DNA of 64,000 nucleotides from Plasmodiophora brassicae (Eukaryota): NCBI GenBank assembly GCA_036867785.1, contig CP145409.1, positions 1,612,001 to 1,676,000 of the forward strand, read 5' to 3'. Shown piece by piece: positions 61,131 to 64,000 of this stretch (position 1 is its first letter; each line of letters starts with the position of its first letter). The notes under the pieces were generated by a model. It saw only the letters and a program-made list of their open reading frames with translations, ran no database searches and was not told where the DNA came from. The position numbers and the translations under genes were made by a program.

Positions 61131-61255
61131 ACGTCTCTGTCCAGCCAAGGCAGCCCGCGGCGCACGTTATTCCAGATTGTGGCTGTCCAAAGCAGACATC
61201 GTCTCCTTCGGTATTCATTACACACCACCCGTAGTTAGTCACCCTGGGTTGGGTC

Positions 61256-61463
61256 GTCACAATGGGCAATGACAATTGACCAGGACGAGGCAACCCGACC
61301 ACCCGTATGGGCTATGAGCTATGGCCCACTGCGGACTGCGAGCCAAGCCGGCCTGCGCCGTCACAATGGGCAATGACAATTGACTAGGACGAGGCAACCC
61401 GACCACCCGTATGGGCTATGGGCTATGGCCCACTGCGGACTGCGAGCCAAGCCGGCCTGCGCC
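61256..61463 (+). repeat. 104-bp tandem duplication upstream of BSMT
   Basis: Units 61256-61359 and 61360-61463 differ at only about 2 positions. Confidence 0.92.
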
Positions 61464-62321
61464 GTGCACGGAGTGCGCGACGCACTCCGTGCGTGCGTCA
61501 ATCCGAGGTCCGATCGGTGGACCGGGTACAATCATACGCAAAACGTGCAGCCGTGCGGGCGTGTATCCGGGAATTGCGAAGTGGTCGACGTGGGTGACCT
61601 GCCCACGAACGAGACGGCTTGACAATCGAAGTCGTTGCTCGGCGCAGGAATAGCAGAACCGATCCCAAAAAGCAACAATCTGCGTTTTCCTTTGGGCGTC
61701 TGCCGGATAGAGCTACTGTAAGCTTACACGAGATAACGAGTGCTCCGACATCGATGTCACATGCCAGCGTCTGCGAAGGTGCCCACGGGTACAGCAACAT
61801 GTGTGCAACCGACGCTCCAGCGACGCTGCTACAAAACGTGGTGCTCTGGATGGATCCAAGCAGTATGGTCACCTTCCTCTCCTGGATCACTGTCACTAAC
61901 GAACACGTGACGATCAGGAACGCGGTGGCTCCCACAACGCCGGCCGCGACTCCCGTAGCGGATGCCACAAACGTTTGACATCCGTCTTGATGGATGGCCT
62001 TACAACCGTCAACCGGATCAACACCTTCTGTCGTTGCGATGGGTTGCAGGAATAAAGAGACAGCGAGGTTCACATTATCGGCAAGCAATATGACCTGCGA
62101 ACCCCCTTGGCCTCAGTGACGCAACGTAGAATAGTCCAGCACCTGACGCAAACTCGCAAGGATGGACGTGGTGGATGTAGCCGCTGCACATGCATGATCC
62201 GCCTGCCCGGTGTCGACATAGATGAGGTGACATATCATTCGCTCTCACGCGACGAATTCGTTCGGGTATTTCGTCCGTTGCCATCTGCATCTTTTAACAG
62301 TACACGTGACAGCTAACTGGA

Positions 62322-63077
62322 TCACGAGGACCCGGAACTGTCATCAGAGCTGGAGACGCTGGAAGATTCATCGCCTTGGCTGCCACTACTGCTGCTGCTG
62401 TCACTGCCGCTTGAGCTGACACCACCAGGGCTCGAGAATGACCCCAAATAGGATCCCGACCCGGACCCTGCTGTCGTCACCTGAACACCAGGAGATGTAC
62501 TGTTCTTGTCAGCAACGGGTTGCACGGGAGCAGTGCCGTTGGCGCCAGAAGTAGAACCTGGGCCAGTCGCACCGGGCGTACATGGAATAGGCGTGTACCT
62601 GAACCAAACGGGTCAAATCATCTTCGAACTGCGAACCTTATTCATTACTCGATCGTTTGAACGCCACCAGAGTTACCATCGCCCATCATTAGGTCGAAGG
62701 TCTTGCAAGCTCCACCCTCTGTAACAAGCCGAGGTCAGAACAGGCGGATAGCACCGCGACGAACGGGCGTTTACCACATGTATCGACCACGATGATATTG
62801 ACGGACCCACCTGCCGCCGTCACCGGGTTCGCTTCAGACGCCTGCGTCACCGTCACCTTGAAGCATGCACCACACTGGGCCGGTGGCGGCATTGCGGCCG
62901 TCACGAACCCAGTCGGGGCCGAGACTCCACACGATGGCGCCCCCGTATCCGACGGATAGAACGTGATCTACGCCATCCGCTCAGCCTGGAAGCAAAGGCA
63001 CCTCGTGCGCGCCTGACCTGTCCTGTTTCGCCCAGAGCCGCGTCGGCCAGTGCCAGCAGCAGGAACGTGCGCAACAT
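62322..63077 (-). CDS. Secreted expansin/RlpA-like double-psi beta-barrel protein with Ser-rich tail; multi-exon
   Basis: Signal peptide MLRTFLLLALADAALG; ITFY..GAPSCG, CGACFKVT, IIVVDTC, YTPIPC; Ser/Gly tail. Confidence 0.8.
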
Positions 63078-63286
63078 GATCGCTATCGACGCTCACTCGT
63101 TCTACTCTTGTCGGTGGCAATTTGTTCAGTGAGGCGCCCACCCCCGACAGTGGAACCGCGTCAAGGGTTCCGGGTGCCTGCGTGCGTCAACAGGGGAACC
63201 GTTCGAGAAATCGTTTCCAGCGGAGTCACGGCAGTTGGGACGGACAGGCACGCAGCAGGCGGGCGGGCTGCAGCTTCGGACCCCCG

Positions 63287-64000
63287 ATGGACGTCGTCCG
63301 CGCCGGCGACAGCCTGGCCGTGTCGTTCGGCGGGTCGACGGTGCTGATCGGGACGACGCGTGCGGGCGTCGACGCCGACGTCGTGCTGCTGTCGAACCAT
63401 GTGGCCGCGAGCGGCCTGCCCGCGCTCGTCCTCGAGGAGCGCTTCTCGGGCATCGTGTACGGCACCGAGCCCGTTACCAATTTCGGCCGGTAGGCGCTTC
63501 TCGTATCGCTATATGCATCGACGTTAAGTACAAATTTCTGTCAGGATTTACGTGGAAGAAATGGAGTTGTCCAAGGGTGACGCACGGCGGTATTCCAGCC
63601 ACGACATTGAGACGGCCTTCGACACCGTCCATCACGTGGCTTTCAACCAACGGATCCCCATTAACGCCGCGCTGACTGTCTCGGCGTCCAGTTCTGGTTC
63701 ACACGCCTGTCTGCACTGATACGAGGGGCATGCGTAACCGTTCCATGTGGCAGGGTTCGCCATTGGCGCATGCAACTGGATCTTCGAGACGGCGATGGAC
63801 TCGGTCGGATTCATCGTCGAGTCGTCTGGTACCGTCCGACGGCATCCCACTCCCATGGTAACGGTGTCGTTTCAGACGGATGCATCGCTCTCGACTGAGC
63901 GTCGCCACAGGATCCGTCGCGGGTGCATCTGTGCGACCATCTTGTGATCGGACCCGGCCTGCGCCCGTCGACCTGTGCAGACCCTGCGTCTGCGCTCGTC
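63287..64000 (+). CDS. INTS9: Integrator complex subunit 9-like (metallo-beta-lactamase fold), truncated by window edge
   Basis: DVVLLSN, LP..F.G.VYGTEP...GR, SSG..IGACNW. Confidence 0.7.

Noticed and set aside
61498-62088. 196-aa hydrophobic minus-strand ORF
   Set aside because: Non-ATG start, weak codon bias, no family signature

Overview
Eukaryotic, GC-rich, gene-dense genomic DNA with short (about 50-65 nt) GT-AG introns. The organism is probably the clubroot protist Plasmodiophora brassicae or a close phytomyxid. This is inferred from a secreted SABATH methyltransferase resembling PbBSMT, flagellar genes and intron style. About 35 protein genes and one tRNA-Asp(GTC) can be supported. 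Housekeeping and flagellar genes include TRAP1/Hsp90, ERD2, CDC48, UTP4, a nucleoplasmin-FKBP, ARFRP1, IFT172, DRC7, an RSPH10-like MORN gene, Yippee and INTS9. They are interleaved with many signal-peptide-bearing candidate effectors. These are a 946-aa protein ending in a RelE/ParE-toxin-like domain, a Trf4/5-type nucleotidyltransferase with a degenerate active site plus NLS, three GNAT-like proteins, a pseudo-GTPase/lipase fusion, an expansin-like protein and the BSMT-like enzyme. Two of the GNAT-like genes come from a recent tandem duplication flanking a LINE relic, and one of them has ATG>ACG. There is also a tandem TatD triplet in which only the middle copy keeps the catalytic ETD motif. 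Family calls come from motif recognition by eye. No searches were run, and spliced gene boundaries are manual predictions.
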